Source of the DNA: Lama glama
Lineage: Eukaryota
Direction: 5' to 3'
Assembly (NCBI GenBank): GCA_028534125.1
Contig: CM052832.1
Location: 17,548,001 to 17,612,000, forward strand
Length of the DNA stretch: 64,000 nt
The translations under genes and the position numbers were made by a program. The notes under the pieces were generated by a model. The model did not search any database. It was not told the origin of the DNA and was given only the letters and a program-made list of their open reading frames with translations. This document shows, piece by piece, positions 51,381 through 63,858 of this stretch (positions within the stretch are counted from its first letter, which is position 1; the number at the start of each line of letters is the position of its first letter).

Positions 51381-52874
51381 TTTGGAAAATTAATATAATT
51401 AATGTAAATAGGCAGGATGTATGTGGAATGGTTATTTTAAACTGCCCATTTTAGCTAATAAAAACAATGTATGTCTCAAGTCAAGAAAAGGAAAAGTCAG
51501 AAGTTGTTTTTGCTTCCCAAAGGAGTCTATAAATGTAAGCAACCAAGACTTTTGGAATTAAGATATTTACCTGCATCCCTGGACTGTGATACTGTCTCCA
51601 AGATGATTATCTGTATATTAGGGCATGTTATTTTCCTGTGCCCACTCTAGTCTCATATCTTAAATTCATTCAGCCAGTGTAGACAATAGTGTCTACTGTT
51701 TGTTGTAAATATATATATGTATCAATAGGCTTCTTTGAGACCCCAGGACATACAAATGACATTTTTAAAGTTTCAGTAAACATAATGAAATATATCATTG
51801 AATTGTTGGACATTTTCCTAAATTTGGCACTGGTTCTGTGTTCTCCAACACACAAATACACAGAGTGTGTATTTCCCAGCTTTTGTTTATTTTTTTTAAA
51901 TAGAAAAAAAATATTTTACATATAGTTTATTGACAGAAAGCAATAGAGGTATTTTCCCTTATAGATAACACATAATATTATGAAGGCTAATACTTTTAAG
52001 TAATTTGCCTATTACTCTTTACAGCTCTAAAACCTATAGGCTAAAGAATCTTTAGAAGCTTTTCAGCAGTTTGGCAGTGTAGCTCAATCTCTATGAGAAT
52101 GAGGCTTATGGGTTTTATAAATATAGGAACTGTAGATTTCAAAACTTTGCAATTATTATTTTACAATTCTGATTAGATTTCTGCTGTATACCCCCAAATT
52201 TTCTGAATAGGTCTAACAATCACTATTTTAAAAGGTGGATTGCATTCTATAAAAGACTTTTTAAACATCTATAAAAACCATGTTATCTTTTTCCTTATTG
52301 TTATCTTAAATTACATGAAAGGATTTCCTAATATTGAACCAACCTTGAATTTCTGGAATAAATTCCACTTGGTCATGGTGTTTTCTTAATGTATTAATAG
52401 GTTCTACTTGCTAATTTTTTATTTAGTATATTTTTATTGAATATTTATGTGAAAATGGTCTATAATTTTCTTCTTTTCTATTTTTTTTTCAGATTTAAGT
52501 TTTGCTTTTACTTGCATCTTAAAAAGTACTAAGTTTTTGTTCATTTTTATTGCTCTAGAACAATTGATAAAGCATTGAAATTAACTGGTTCTTGAAAGTT
52601 GAATTCTAATGTAAACCATCTGGGCATTTTTCTGTGGGATAGTTCCTTGGTAATTTTTCTATTTCTACAAAAATGGTCTATTTGGTTTTCTGTTTCTAAT
52701 GGGGGTCAATTTTGATAATCTGTTATTTGCTTAGAAAACTATCTATTTCATCTAGATTTTCAAATTATTTGCCTAAAATTTGCAATATAATCTGTTATGA
52801 TTTTTAAAGCAGTTTTATTGAGGGAACTTGATATACAGTAAACCACACGAGTGTACAAATGAACATGATAGGTT

Positions 52875-53580
52875 TTTTAAAATTTATATTTTGTTAAGGT
52901 ATCACTGGCTTATAACATATTTCATGTGTACACCATTATATTTCTACTACTGTATACCCTACAGCATGCTCACCACCAAAAATTTCATTTCCATCCATCA
53001 CCATACAGTTGATCCCCTTTACCCATTTCATGTTCCCCTCCACTCCTTTCCCTCTGGTAACCACTACTCTGTTCTCTGTATCTATATGCTTGTTTTTGTT
53101 TGGTTTGATTTGACTTGTTCATTATTTTGTGTTTTAGGAGTTTTTTTGTTTTTTATATTTCACATATGAGTGAAATCATACAGTATTTGTCTTTCTCCAT
53201 CTGATGTATTTCACCTAGCATATCACAAATGGCAACATTTCGTATTTTTTGAATGGCTGAATGGTATTCTGTCATATATATACCACATCTTCCTTATCTG
53301 TTCATCTGTTGATGGGCACTTAGATTGTTTTCATGTCTTGGCTATTGTAAACAAATGCTACAATAAACATAGGGGTGCATATGTCTTTTCAAATTAGTGT
53401 CTTCATATTCTTTGGATAAATAACCAGAATTGGGATAGCTGGATCATATGGTAGTTCTATTGTTAATATTTTAAGGAATTTCCATACAGTTCATAGTGGC
53501 TACATCAATTTATATTCCCACCAACAGTGCACAAGGGCTCCTTTTTCTCCACATCTTTGCCAAAATTTCTTTCTTTCATT
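52875..53580 (-). mobile_element. L1 3' region fragment
   Basis: ccctctggtaaccactactctgttctctgtatc...cacatatgagtgaaatcatacagtatttgtc...gatgggcacttagattgttttcatgtcttggctattgtaaa. Confidence 0.8.
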
Positions 53581-54009
53581 TTCAGTTTTATTAGGTAGAA
53601 TTGTTACAATTTGCAAGTATACAATATATGTAAATACATAGACACAATATATTGTACATATTTTTTAAATTGACATACATGTACCGTTCATTGTTTCTAA
53701 GAATGTTTAGAGCTTTAGCTTTTTAAACTTACATAGTTATCACAGGAATAAAGCCAACCACAAAATAAGAATTAATTCAAAAAGATACATACATCCTGCT
53801 ATTAACAGCAACATTATTTATAATTGCCAAGATATGGAAGCATCCTAAGTGCACATCAAGAGATGAATGGATAAAGGAGATGCAGCATATATATATATAT
53901 ATATATATATAACGGAATGCAACTCACCAATAAGAGAGAAGGATATTTTACCATGTGTGGCCCTTCATTCACTTTTTTCACTTCAAAAACCATAATTTTA
54001 TATGTGGCA

Positions 54010-54320
54010 AAAACATTTCCACTGCATCAAAAACAACAAAATACGTAGAAATAAACTTATCCAAGAAGGCTACCTATACTCTGAAAACTGTAAAACACTG
54101 ATGAAGGAAATTGAAGATAATACAAAGAAATGGAAAGATATCTTGTGCTCTTGGATTGGGAGAATCAACATTGTCAAAATGGCCATATTACCCAAAGCAA
54201 TCTACAGATCCAATGCAACCCCTGTCAAAATACTCATGACATTTTTCAGACAACTAGAATAAACAATTCCAAAGTTTATATGGAACTATGAAAGACCCCG
54301 AACTGCCAAAGCAATCTTTT
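54010..54320 (+). mobile_element. L1 ORF2 fragment
   Basis: [45 protein letters not shown]. Confidence 0.9.
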
Positions 54321-54910
54321 GCAGGTCTTTCTTTTTTTCTTTTTTCTTTTTGTTCTCTTTTCTTATGATTTGATGACTAGAGAAATTCCTTTAACATTTG
54401 TTGTAAAGCTGGTTTCATGGTGCTGAATTCTTCTAGCTTTTGTTTATCTCTGAAGCTTTTGATTTCTCCATCAAATCTGAATGAGAGCCTTGCTGGATTG
54501 AGTATTCTTGGTTGTAAGTTTCCCCCTTTCATCACTTTAAATATATCGTGCCACTCCCTTCTGGCCTGTAGAGTTTCTGCTGAAAAATCAGCTGATAACC
54601 TTATGGGTGTCCCCTTGTATGTTACTTGTTGCTTTTCTCTTGCTAATTTTAATATTTTCTCCTTAACCTTAATTTTTGTCAATTTAATTACAAATTGCTG
54701 GGAGATATGGGGCCTGATTATATCATGAGCTGCCCCTCTTACCATCCTGCTGTGGGTCCCTCTTTATGTTTCCAGTTGAAGATCTTTTTTGCTAGGTTCC
54801 AGTTTTTTTTTTTTCAATAGTTGTTCAGCAGTCAGTTGTGGTTTTGTTGTAGTCATGAGGAGAGGTGAGTTCATGTTCCTACCGCTCCGCCATCTTGACC
54901 AGAAATCTCC
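54321..54910 (-). mobile_element. Inverted L1 piece: 5' end fused to the ORF1 C-terminal half
   Basis: ORF1 peptide KEKILKLAREKQQVTYKGTPIRLSADFSAETLQARREWHDIFKVMK...; minus strand begins with YY1-type CAAGATGGCGG near 54886-54897. Confidence 0.8.
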
Positions 54911-54917
54911 GTATTTT

Positions 54918-55185
54918 TGGTTACCAGTGGAGAAGGTGGGTGGGGAGGGATAAGTTGGGAGTTTGGGATTTGTACATACTAACTACTGTATATAAAATAG
55001 ATAAATAAGGTCCTACTGTATAGCACGGGGAACTACATTCAATATTTTGTAATAGCCTATAATGAAAAAGAATATGGAAAGGGATATATATATATATATA
55101 TGTACAACTGAATCACTATGCTGTATACCAGAAACAGAGTATTGTAAGTTGGCTATATTTCAATAATTTTTTTTAAAAAAAGGAT
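54918..55185 (+). mobile_element. L1 3'-end fragment
   Basis: tggttaccagtgg...gggagtttgggatttg...ctgtatataaaatagataaa...actgaatcactatgctgtataccagaaac. Confidence 0.8.
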
Positions 55186-56467
55186 GGATAATGGAGATAT
55201 ATACCATGGAGACACCATGTCTGTGTATAGAAGAACTTAATGTTGTAAGGAAACATTAATTAATTAATTAATAATTAGATATTAACTAAATTAATATCTA
55301 AATTCAATGCAAGCCAATCAAAATTGCAATAATGTGTTCTATGAAACTTAACTGATTCTAAATTCACATGGGAGAAGATATTTGCAACATGTATAATCAA
55401 CAAAGGATCAGTACACTGAATGTATAGTGAATATTTTTTTAAATTTGAGATTATATGAGAACAGTAATTCATCAGAAGGAAAGCTAAATTTTGAATAAAG
55501 TAATAAATTGGCTGTTGAATTGTTCAATAGTCTGATGAGAAATGAATCACTGTACACAGTGAAAAGAGATTTAAATTTCTTGTACATCTGACATAAAATA
55601 CTAACATTGACAATGTCTGCTACTGACAATGAGAACACAATTGTTACTGTCATCAATATAAGAGATTCTCAGACATTCTAAACTTAAACTTAAAATGTCC
55701 TAAAATCCTGTAGCTCATAATTGAAAGAAACCTGATAGAGGTCTACCCAAATATCAACAATTTAAAATGTTTTTGATCAGCCATGCTAGAGGATAGACAT
55801 TACCTTTTTAAAAAAAAATTTAAGTATAGTTGATTTACAATGTTGTGTTAGTTTCTAATGTACAGCATAGTAGACTATATTATCTTTGTATTCTTTCTAG
55901 AAAAATTTAAATTACAAAATTAACATAACAAGACAGCCCAAGAATATAAAGCCAATAATTTAGGAAAAAATTACTATAGAAGTGCATCAGACAATTAATA
56001 AAACATTTTATTATATTTCTGATTTTTATGTTTGATGTTTGTTAGACTTTAAAATTTGTAATATGATGTGATTTTCCATTCTAAATACCCATTTTCATAA
56101 CTATGTTTCACCCAAATTACATACACTAGATCTTCCACTGTCTATATTGCTTTTTTTAAGCTTTGTGAGGGTCAAGACCTGTGTTCATTACTATTATATA
56201 CAGTCCCTGGAGGAAACCTTTGGCACAGAGGATGCATTCAAAGAGAATTTGTTAAATGAATGGAGAAAATAAATGAATTCCACTTCTTAATGTTTATTAT
56301 CTATTCCTTTCTCTCCGTTTCTGTGACTATCGCCTTGATTCAGGCCCTCATCCTATCTACCCTGGATTCCTGCAGTTGTCTCCTAACTGGTCCACCTGCC
56401 TGTAATCTCAAGTGCTTCCAGTCTCTCCTCCACACCGCTGCCATGATAACATTTCTAGGTGCAAACC

Positions 56468-56850
56468 TTTTCTTTTAATTGAAGTATAGTCAGTTATAAT
56501 GTGTCAATTTCTGGTGTACAGCATAATATTTCAGTTATACAAACATACACATTTATTCATTTTCATACTTTTTCATTAAAGGTTACTATAAGATTGAATA
56601 TAGTTCTGTGTGCTATACAGAAATTTGGTTTTTTATCTATTTTTATATATAGTAGTTAATATTTGCAAATTGGAAACTCCCAATTTATCCCTTCCCTCTC
56701 CCCTTTCCCTCTGGTAACCGTAAGATTGTTTACTATGTCTGTGAGTCTGTTTCTGTTTTGTAGATGAGTTCATTAGTGTCTTCTTTTTTCTGTTTTAAAT
56801 TCCATATGTGAAGTATGGTATTTTTTCCTTCTCTTTCTGGCTTACTTCTA
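56468..56850 (-). mobile_element. L1 3'-end fragment
   Basis: ttttaattgaagtatagtcagtt..aatgtgtcaatttctggtgtacagcata...ggtaacc.taag.ttgttt.ctatgtctgtgagtctgtttctgttttgt. Confidence 0.8.
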
Positions 56851-57549
56851 GGTGCAGATCTGATCACATCTTTGGTTAGGGATCCAGGAACAGTGACCGC
56901 TGGTGTCCCCTGCCATATATTCCATTCTCCAGCCATCAAGATCTGCCCAGTTCTCTGGATGACCAAAGTATCTCACCCCATTCCTGATTTTATTCTTGTA
57001 TTCCATCTCCTGGAAATTCCTTTCTCTGGCTCCATTCCCTTTGTACAGTGGCAAATCCTACAGCTTTCTCTTCTTCTCTGTTAGTCTTTTCCCCTTCGGC
57101 CTACTACATACATTTATTCTCTAAGTACTTAACACAGCATTTACTATGGTCCAGGGACTGTCCTAATCGATTTACATTTACTTCATTTTAATTTATTTCA
57201 TTTCACATACAAATTAGCTTTATGTAGTTACCTGTTTACGTACTCGTGTCTCCTTCTAGACTGAGATTCCAGAAAACAAAGGTTAAAAACAAACTAACAA
57301 AGCAACAACAAAGAAAACCCCGACCACAACTACCATCTCTCCTTAGTGGTGTCAAAGGGGCCAGAGGAAAGGGAGCGCCTCAGGCAGGGATGGATGGTGT
57401 AAGTGCCAGAACTGAAGAAGCCCCTTCCAGCCCTAAAGTTTCGCGTGACCATGACCTCCTGACTCCCAGATGCCGAGAGCCATTCTGCACAGCAATCTGG
57501 CTCTGTGATCAGGCTGGACTTGTGGCTCCCAGCTTGGGAAAGAGGTAGG

Positions 57550-57975
57550 CACCAAGATGCAATAACCTCCGGGGCTCCTAGAGAGTACTAGGACGCCCCA
57601 GGAGGGGAAAGGGCGCTCGCCTTCGGCGACTGGGCTCCGACGGCTGACGCACTTCCGGCCTTTGTGGTTCGTCGCGGGTCCGGGCGCTGCTGCCCCCGCC
57701 GCGGATCTGGAGCGTCCCCGGGCCCCGAAGGTGAGTCTCAGGCCCCTCGTCCCGGACCCGCCGGGCCCGGGAGATGAAGGTGGGCGCCCCGAAGTAGGCG
57801 GGGAGGGGACTTGGGCAGGCGTGGGCCCCGCCATCCCCTGGACACTGCCCTGAAGTAGAAGGCGGTGCCGCCGCTGCCCCCGCCGGCGTCGTGGGAGAGC
57901 CCCCTGGAGGCCGCGGAGCTTTGCGGCGGGACCCGGGTGGGCAGGTGAGCAGGGGCGTCCTGTTGCGGGTCTCGC
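57550..57975 (+). promoter_or_regulatory. ZSCAN31: CpG island promoter and first exon of ZSCAN31
   Basis: CpG-dense; TGACGCACTTCCGGCCTTTGT at 57645-57665; consensus donor AAG|gtgagt at 57731. Confidence 0.8.
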
Positions 57976-58014
57976 TCTCTGTCAAATGTTTTTCTGGTCT
58001 TTTTTAAACATATG

Positions 58015-58117
58015 TTTATTTATATTAACGTTTGCCCTTAATAGAGACACTGGGGATTGAACCCAGGACCTTGTGCACACCAAGCATGCAGTCTACCACT
58101 GAGCTATACCCCTCACC
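58015..58117 (-). mobile_element. Vic-1-like SINE
   Basis: acactggggattgaacccaggaccttgtgca...aagcatgca.tctaccactgagctatacccc. Confidence 0.8.
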
Positions 58118-60219
58118 TACTCAGTGTGCACTCTTGATCTGAGAAGTCATACCTTTATTTCTGGAAAATTCTTATTTTTTTCCTCATCAACTGTTATTTC
58201 TCAGTCATTCACTACCTTCTGAATCTCCTGGATATCAGTGTTGTATCCTTTTAATGTAGGTCCTTCCTTAACTGCTCTTTCTTCTCTCTTTCATCCCTTG
58301 CTATGTTCCGAGTGAAGTCTTCAGTATTGTCTTAAAAATCAGTTATTCTTCAACTGTGTCCACTCTTGTTTATCCTTGAATGCATTTTAAATGTCAAAAT
58401 TTTTTCTTAAATCCTAAGATTTCTAATTAGTTCTCTTTTACATCGACTTGATGTTGCATTTTTGCCCTTTTTTGGTTTCATTATCTCTTATATTTCTCAA
58501 AATCACTTATTTAAAAAATTCCCTGGACTGTAAAATAAATTTCATTTCAAGTGAGTTTCTGATTGTTGGTTATTTTTCTTAGGACTAGAGTTCTTCGTGT
58601 GTTTTGGAATTTAGTTTGTAGATTTATTTTGTGTAGGAGGCTGTTTTAGATTTCTCTCTCTCCTTCATTCAGCATTCTATTTAAGACCCTTTCTGGGACT
58701 TACACCCAGTGTCTGAGTGTTGCTGCCCGAAGGAGATACTGGAGTGGGCTGACCTAGTATGGGACCAGCAGCTTCAGGGCTTAGTTACTGCACATAAGTC
58801 TGGTCTTGTCCCTTGGCTCCTGGGCCCGTAGTTTCTGATCAAGCCATAGCCTGAGTCAGCAGCCTACAATCTTTTTTTTCCCTGCCCCCTTGCAGGAGTG
58901 TGGAAGTCTTCTGAAGCCTCTAGCATCAGAAAGTAAGCCTAGTTCCCTACAGTTTGAGACACACCACCTTGAGTCTCTAATCTCCCAGAAACTTTTTGCA
59001 GTTCTCTCAGATCTTAATGATTCTATTAATAACGTCATATATAAAACTTAAATTCCACCACTAAAGTAAACATATCAGTGTAACCCCCATTAAACCTCCC
59101 AGCTTATACAGCCCCACAGTCCATTCCTACCATTTCCACCCTGAATCATACTCAGTATTCCTTTAAAGTACAGATCTAACTCTATGACAATGAAGTAAAA
59201 ACTTTGACGTCCCTCGGTTTTTCAAGTCTAAACATCTTAGCCTATAGTTCAGGGCTGTCTTCCATTCCGGTGATATGCCTCTTTCTCATCTCTTGTCCCG
59301 CATTTTCTCCCACACCCTACACTCTCTGGTTCCACCAGGACCCCCCACCTGTCTTTAGAGCCACTGTGCAGTGTAACCTTAAATACCTTTGGTTCTGCTG
59401 TTTGCTTGGCCTGTGATGTTGAGTCTCCTCCCGTCGCACTTTCTCTACCTGTTATTTTAGGCCTAATTCAAATGTACTTGCTCCTAAGCCACCTTCTTTC
59501 ACTGCTCCACATCCTGTCAGAATTATGTTTTTCCTACTCTTTGCTCCCTCAGTATTCATCGAAATCACTACTATTTATTAATTTATTTTCTTGGAGTAAG
59601 TACTTTATTTCAAATGGTTCAAAAAGCAGAAGAAATATAGAAGGTATGACATGGAAATTTCCCTTCCTCTCTTCTTCTGCAGTTATCTAGTTCCCTCCCC
59701 GGAGGCCACCCCTCTATATTAGTTTCTCATTGCTGTAATAATGTGGTGTAACAAATGATCACAAATCTTTTGTGGCATACAGCAATAAACACACGGATCT
59801 GTGGGGTCCCGCTGACCTGGGCAGGGCTTACTTATACAGCTGCCGTCAGCTATGCATCCGCGAGGCAGCTCTGCTGATCTCAGCTGGGCTCACTCACTTG
59901 TCTGGGGGTTAGCTGGCTGCATAGTCAGTTTACAATGTTGTGTCAATTTCTGGTGTACAGCATAACGTTTCAGTCATGCATATACATACATATATTCCTT
60001 TTCATATTCTTTTTCATTATAGGTTACTTCAAGATATTAAATATAGTTTCCTGTGCTATACAGTAGAAACTTGTTGTTTTCCCACTACTTTTTAAATTTC
60101 CATTAATATATAATATTTTCTTATCAGGTGTATCCTCCTAAAGGAGATTCAATTGGGGATCTTAAATCAATTACCCCTTCACTGCAGGCTGGAGTGAGCC
60201 CTTCTAAGTTAATCCCAGA

Positions 60220-60602
60220 ATGGCTTCAGCAGGGGAACAGGATGGACTTAAGGTTGTGAAGATGGAGGAAGACCCTATCTGGGATCAAGAAACCTATCTT
60301 CAAAAGAAGAGCTTTTCTGGCCAGGAAGCCTCCCGCCAACTTTTTAGGCACTTTTGTTACCAAGAGACTCCTGGTTCCCGAGAGGCGCTGAGCCGGCTCC
60401 GGGAGCTCTGTCACCAGTGGCTCAGGCCAGACACACACACACGAAGGAGCAGATCCTGGAGCTGCTGGTGCTGGAGCAGTTCCTGACCATCCTGCCTGAG
60501 GAGCTCCAGGCCTGGGTGCGGGAGCGTCACCCAGAGGGTGGGGAGGAGGTGGTGGCTGCAGTTGAAGATCTGGAGCGAGAGCTCAGTGAGCCAGAGAACC
60601 AG
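60220..60602 (+). pseudogene. ZSCAN31: ZSCAN31 SCAN exon with a +2 frameshift (pseudogene, null allele or assembly error)
   Basis: [74 protein letters not shown], then the frame shifts to KEQILELL...[11 protein letters not shown] to donor is 383 nt (381+2); (AC)6 at 60431-60442. Confidence 0.8.
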
Positions 60603-60674
60603 GTGGGCTCCTAAACATGGAATGTTAAAGGAGGGGTGAAGTTTGGTGACCCAGGTTGGTTAGCTGTGGCCACG

Positions 60675-60981
60675 TGTATTAGTTCTCTGTTGCTGGGCAA
60701 CAAATTACCCTCCAAGCTTTAACGGCTTAAAAAAACTATTATCTCCCAGTTTCTGTGAGTCGGGATTTTGGGAGCCACTTGGGAGACTCTCTCAAGAAGT
60801 TGCAGTGAGGATGTCAGCCAAGACTGCAGTCCTCTGAAGACCTGACCATGGCTGGCAGTCGGTGTGGCGGTGGGCCTCGGTTCTTCCCTGGCTGTTGGCA
60901 GGAAGTCTTTACCTTGTGGGTTTCTCCCTAGGGCTCACTGAGTGTCCTCCGAACATGTCAGTTGGCTTCCCCGAGAGAGAG
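60675..60981. mobile_element. ERVL/MaLR LTR fragment (MLT-type)
   Basis: tgtattagtt.tctgttgctg..caacaaattaccc...ttaacggcttaaaa...attatctcccagtttctgtg.gtcgggatt. Confidence 0.6.
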
Positions 60982-61481
60982 NNNNNNNNNNNNNNNNNNN
61001 NNNNNNNNNNNNNNNNNNNNNNNNNNNNNNNNNNNNNNNNNNNNNNNNNNNNNNNNNNNNNNNNNNNNNNNNNNNNNNNNNNNNNNNNNNNNNNNNNNNN
61101 NNNNNNNNNNNNNNNNNNNNNNNNNNNNNNNNNNNNNNNNNNNNNNNNNNNNNNNNNNNNNNNNNNNNNNNNNNNNNNNNNNNNNNNNNNNNNNNNNNNN
61201 NNNNNNNNNNNNNNNNNNNNNNNNNNNNNNNNNNNNNNNNNNNNNNNNNNNNNNNNNNNNNNNNNNNNNNNNNNNNNNNNNNNNNNNNNNNNNNNNNNNN
61301 NNNNNNNNNNNNNNNNNNNNNNNNNNNNNNNNNNNNNNNNNNNNNNNNNNNNNNNNNNNNNNNNNNNNNNNNNNNNNNNNNNNNNNNNNNNNNNNNNNNN
61401 NNNNNNNNNNNNNNNNNNNNNNNNNNNNNNNNNNNNNNNNNNNNNNNNNNNNNNNNNNNNNNNNNNNNNNNNNNNNNNNNN
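60982..61481. other. Assembly gap (500 N)
   Basis: N run. Confidence 1.
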
Positions 61482-61877
61482 TGATTTCGAGAAGGGCTTG
61501 GGTGGTGGGAGGCTGTGGTGGGCAGCCAGGCAACATCACAGAACTGATCTAAATGGTAGTAATGGAGGAGGAGTGGAGAGACACAGATTCAAGAGAGATT
61601 AGAGGTGGGTGGTAGAAGGAAGGAATCACAGATGTCACCTACAGTACCTGGGTGGGTACTGAAGTAATTTATTTAATTATGGAACCCCAGAGAAGAGAAT
61701 AACACATTTAGAAGGGGGAGATAGTAACTGCAACCTTTGATAACTGCCAAGTAGGGGGTGGCCAGAGGGCTCTAAAGAGCAAGATAGAAATGAAAGTGAA
61801 GTAAGAGTTTATTCTGTAAATAATGCCCACTCACATTAGCAATTACCATCCGTACCATTCATTTATCATTAAAAAAA

Positions 61878-63085
61878 TTTTTTTTATTGAAGTATAGTTG
61901 ATTTACAATATTGTGTTAGCTTCTGGTATACAGCAAAGCGATTCAGTTATACACATACACACACACACTCACACTTTTCCACATGATATCTAATAGGATA
62001 TTGAGTATACTTCCCTGTGCTATATAGTAGAACATTGTTGTTCATCTATTTTATATATAGTAGTTTGTATCTGCTAATCCCAAACTCCTAATGTACCCCT
62101 TCCCCACCATCTTTCCCTTTTGGTAACCATAAGTTTGTTTTCTATGTCTGTTGAGTCTGTTTCTGTTTTGTAAATAAGTTCATTTGTGTCATATTTTAGA
62201 TTCCACATATAAGTGATACCATATGTTATGTCTCTTTCTGACTTACTTCACTTAGTAATCTCTAGGTCCATCCATGTTGCTGCAAATGGCATTATTTCAT
62301 TCTTTTTTATGGCCAAGTAGTATTCCACGGTGTATATATACCACAACTTTTTTATTCAACCATCTGTCAATGGACATTTAGGTTGCTTCCATGGTTTGGC
62401 TGTTGTTAATAGTGCTGCTATGAACATTGGGGTGCATGTGTCTTTTCAAATTAGAGTTTTCTCCAGCTATATGCCCAGGAATGGGATTGCTGGGTCATAT
62501 GACAACCCTAATTTTAGCTTTTTAAGGAATCTCCATACCATTTTCCATAGTGGCTGCACCAATTTACATTCCCAACACTGTAGGAAGGTTCCTTTTTCTC
62601 CACAGCCTCTCCAGCATTTATTGTTTGTGGACTTTTTGATGATGGCCATTCTGACCAGTGTGAGGTGGTACCTCATTGTAGTTTTGATTTGCATTTCTCT
62701 AATAATTAGCAATGTTGAGCATCTTTTCTTGTGCCTGTTGGCCATCTGTATGTCTTCTTTGGAGAAATGTCTGTTTAGTTCTGCCCATTTTTTGATTGGA
62801 TTGTTTGGCTTTCTGTTATTGAGTTGTATGAACTGTTTGTATATTTTGGAAATTAAGCCCTTATCAGTTGCATCATTTGCAAATATTTTCTCCCAGTCTG
62901 TAGGTTGTCTTTTCGTTTTATGGTTTCCTTTGCTGTGGAAAAGCTTGTAAGTTTGATTAGGTCCCATTTATTTATTTTTGCTTTTTGCCTTGGGAAACTG
63001 ACTTAAGAAAACAGTGATAATGATTTATGTCAGAGAATGTTTTGCCTGTATTGTCTTTTAGGAATTTTATGATGTCATGTCTTAA
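61878..63085 (-). mobile_element. 5'-truncated L1 (ORF2 C-terminus plus 3' UTR)
   Basis: [26 protein letters not shown]...[58 protein letters not shown]-rich tail near 61878. Confidence 0.92.
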
Positions 63086-63858
63086 GTCTTTCTATTTACC
63101 ATTTAATTAAAAACTGCATTCTAGTAATACTCTTGGGCTTTATGTCATTTTACTGTTACCTTCTCTTCTCTGATTCAATTGTTACCCTGATTTGCTCATA
63201 TTTCCTCATCTTTCTTGACTGTTGGCTTTTGGTGCCAACTTCCACAGTCACAACAGGACACACCTTTCATTTCAATATTCAAAGGCACTGCTTCACTTCT
63301 GGTTTTCCCTTTAGCGAACTCTTTCTTCAACATCCCTGCCTACAGACAATCAGATGCGGTTTTTCTCCAGTGCTCAGGTCTTCAGCCTCTTAGACCTATG
63401 TTTTGTTTCGATCATCCTTATATCATGGGCTCTGTCTCGATTTTCAGCTATGGATTCAGCACCATTCTTTCTCTGGTTACTGTGAGACTGCCTATATTTT
63501 AAATGGCATTCCCCAGAGAAAACTACCAGGATGGGGGTGAGGGGGTGGGCAGGGAGGAGGGAGCCAGGATTTCATTCTTTAAATGCACAATATAATCAAT
63601 TCAGTTTAATAAGTGATTTCCCACATTTAATATCAAAATTAGACATAGAAAAAGTTGCCACTGGATGTCAGCATTTTTACAGATCATTTTTAACATTACT
63701 TGTTATAACAGTTTTAAAAAACTACATAAATGTTTGAAAATATTAGTTATTTAATAATTTCACTGTATACACACATCAGGTTTGCTTTGGTACAATCTGA
63801 TGTGAAATTGTGATTTTTCTGTCTTATTAACATCCGCATCGTGTCTGTTTTATCTGCC

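Noticed and set aside
62330..62950. 206-aa plus-strand ORF
   Set aside because: Antisense frame of L1 ORF2
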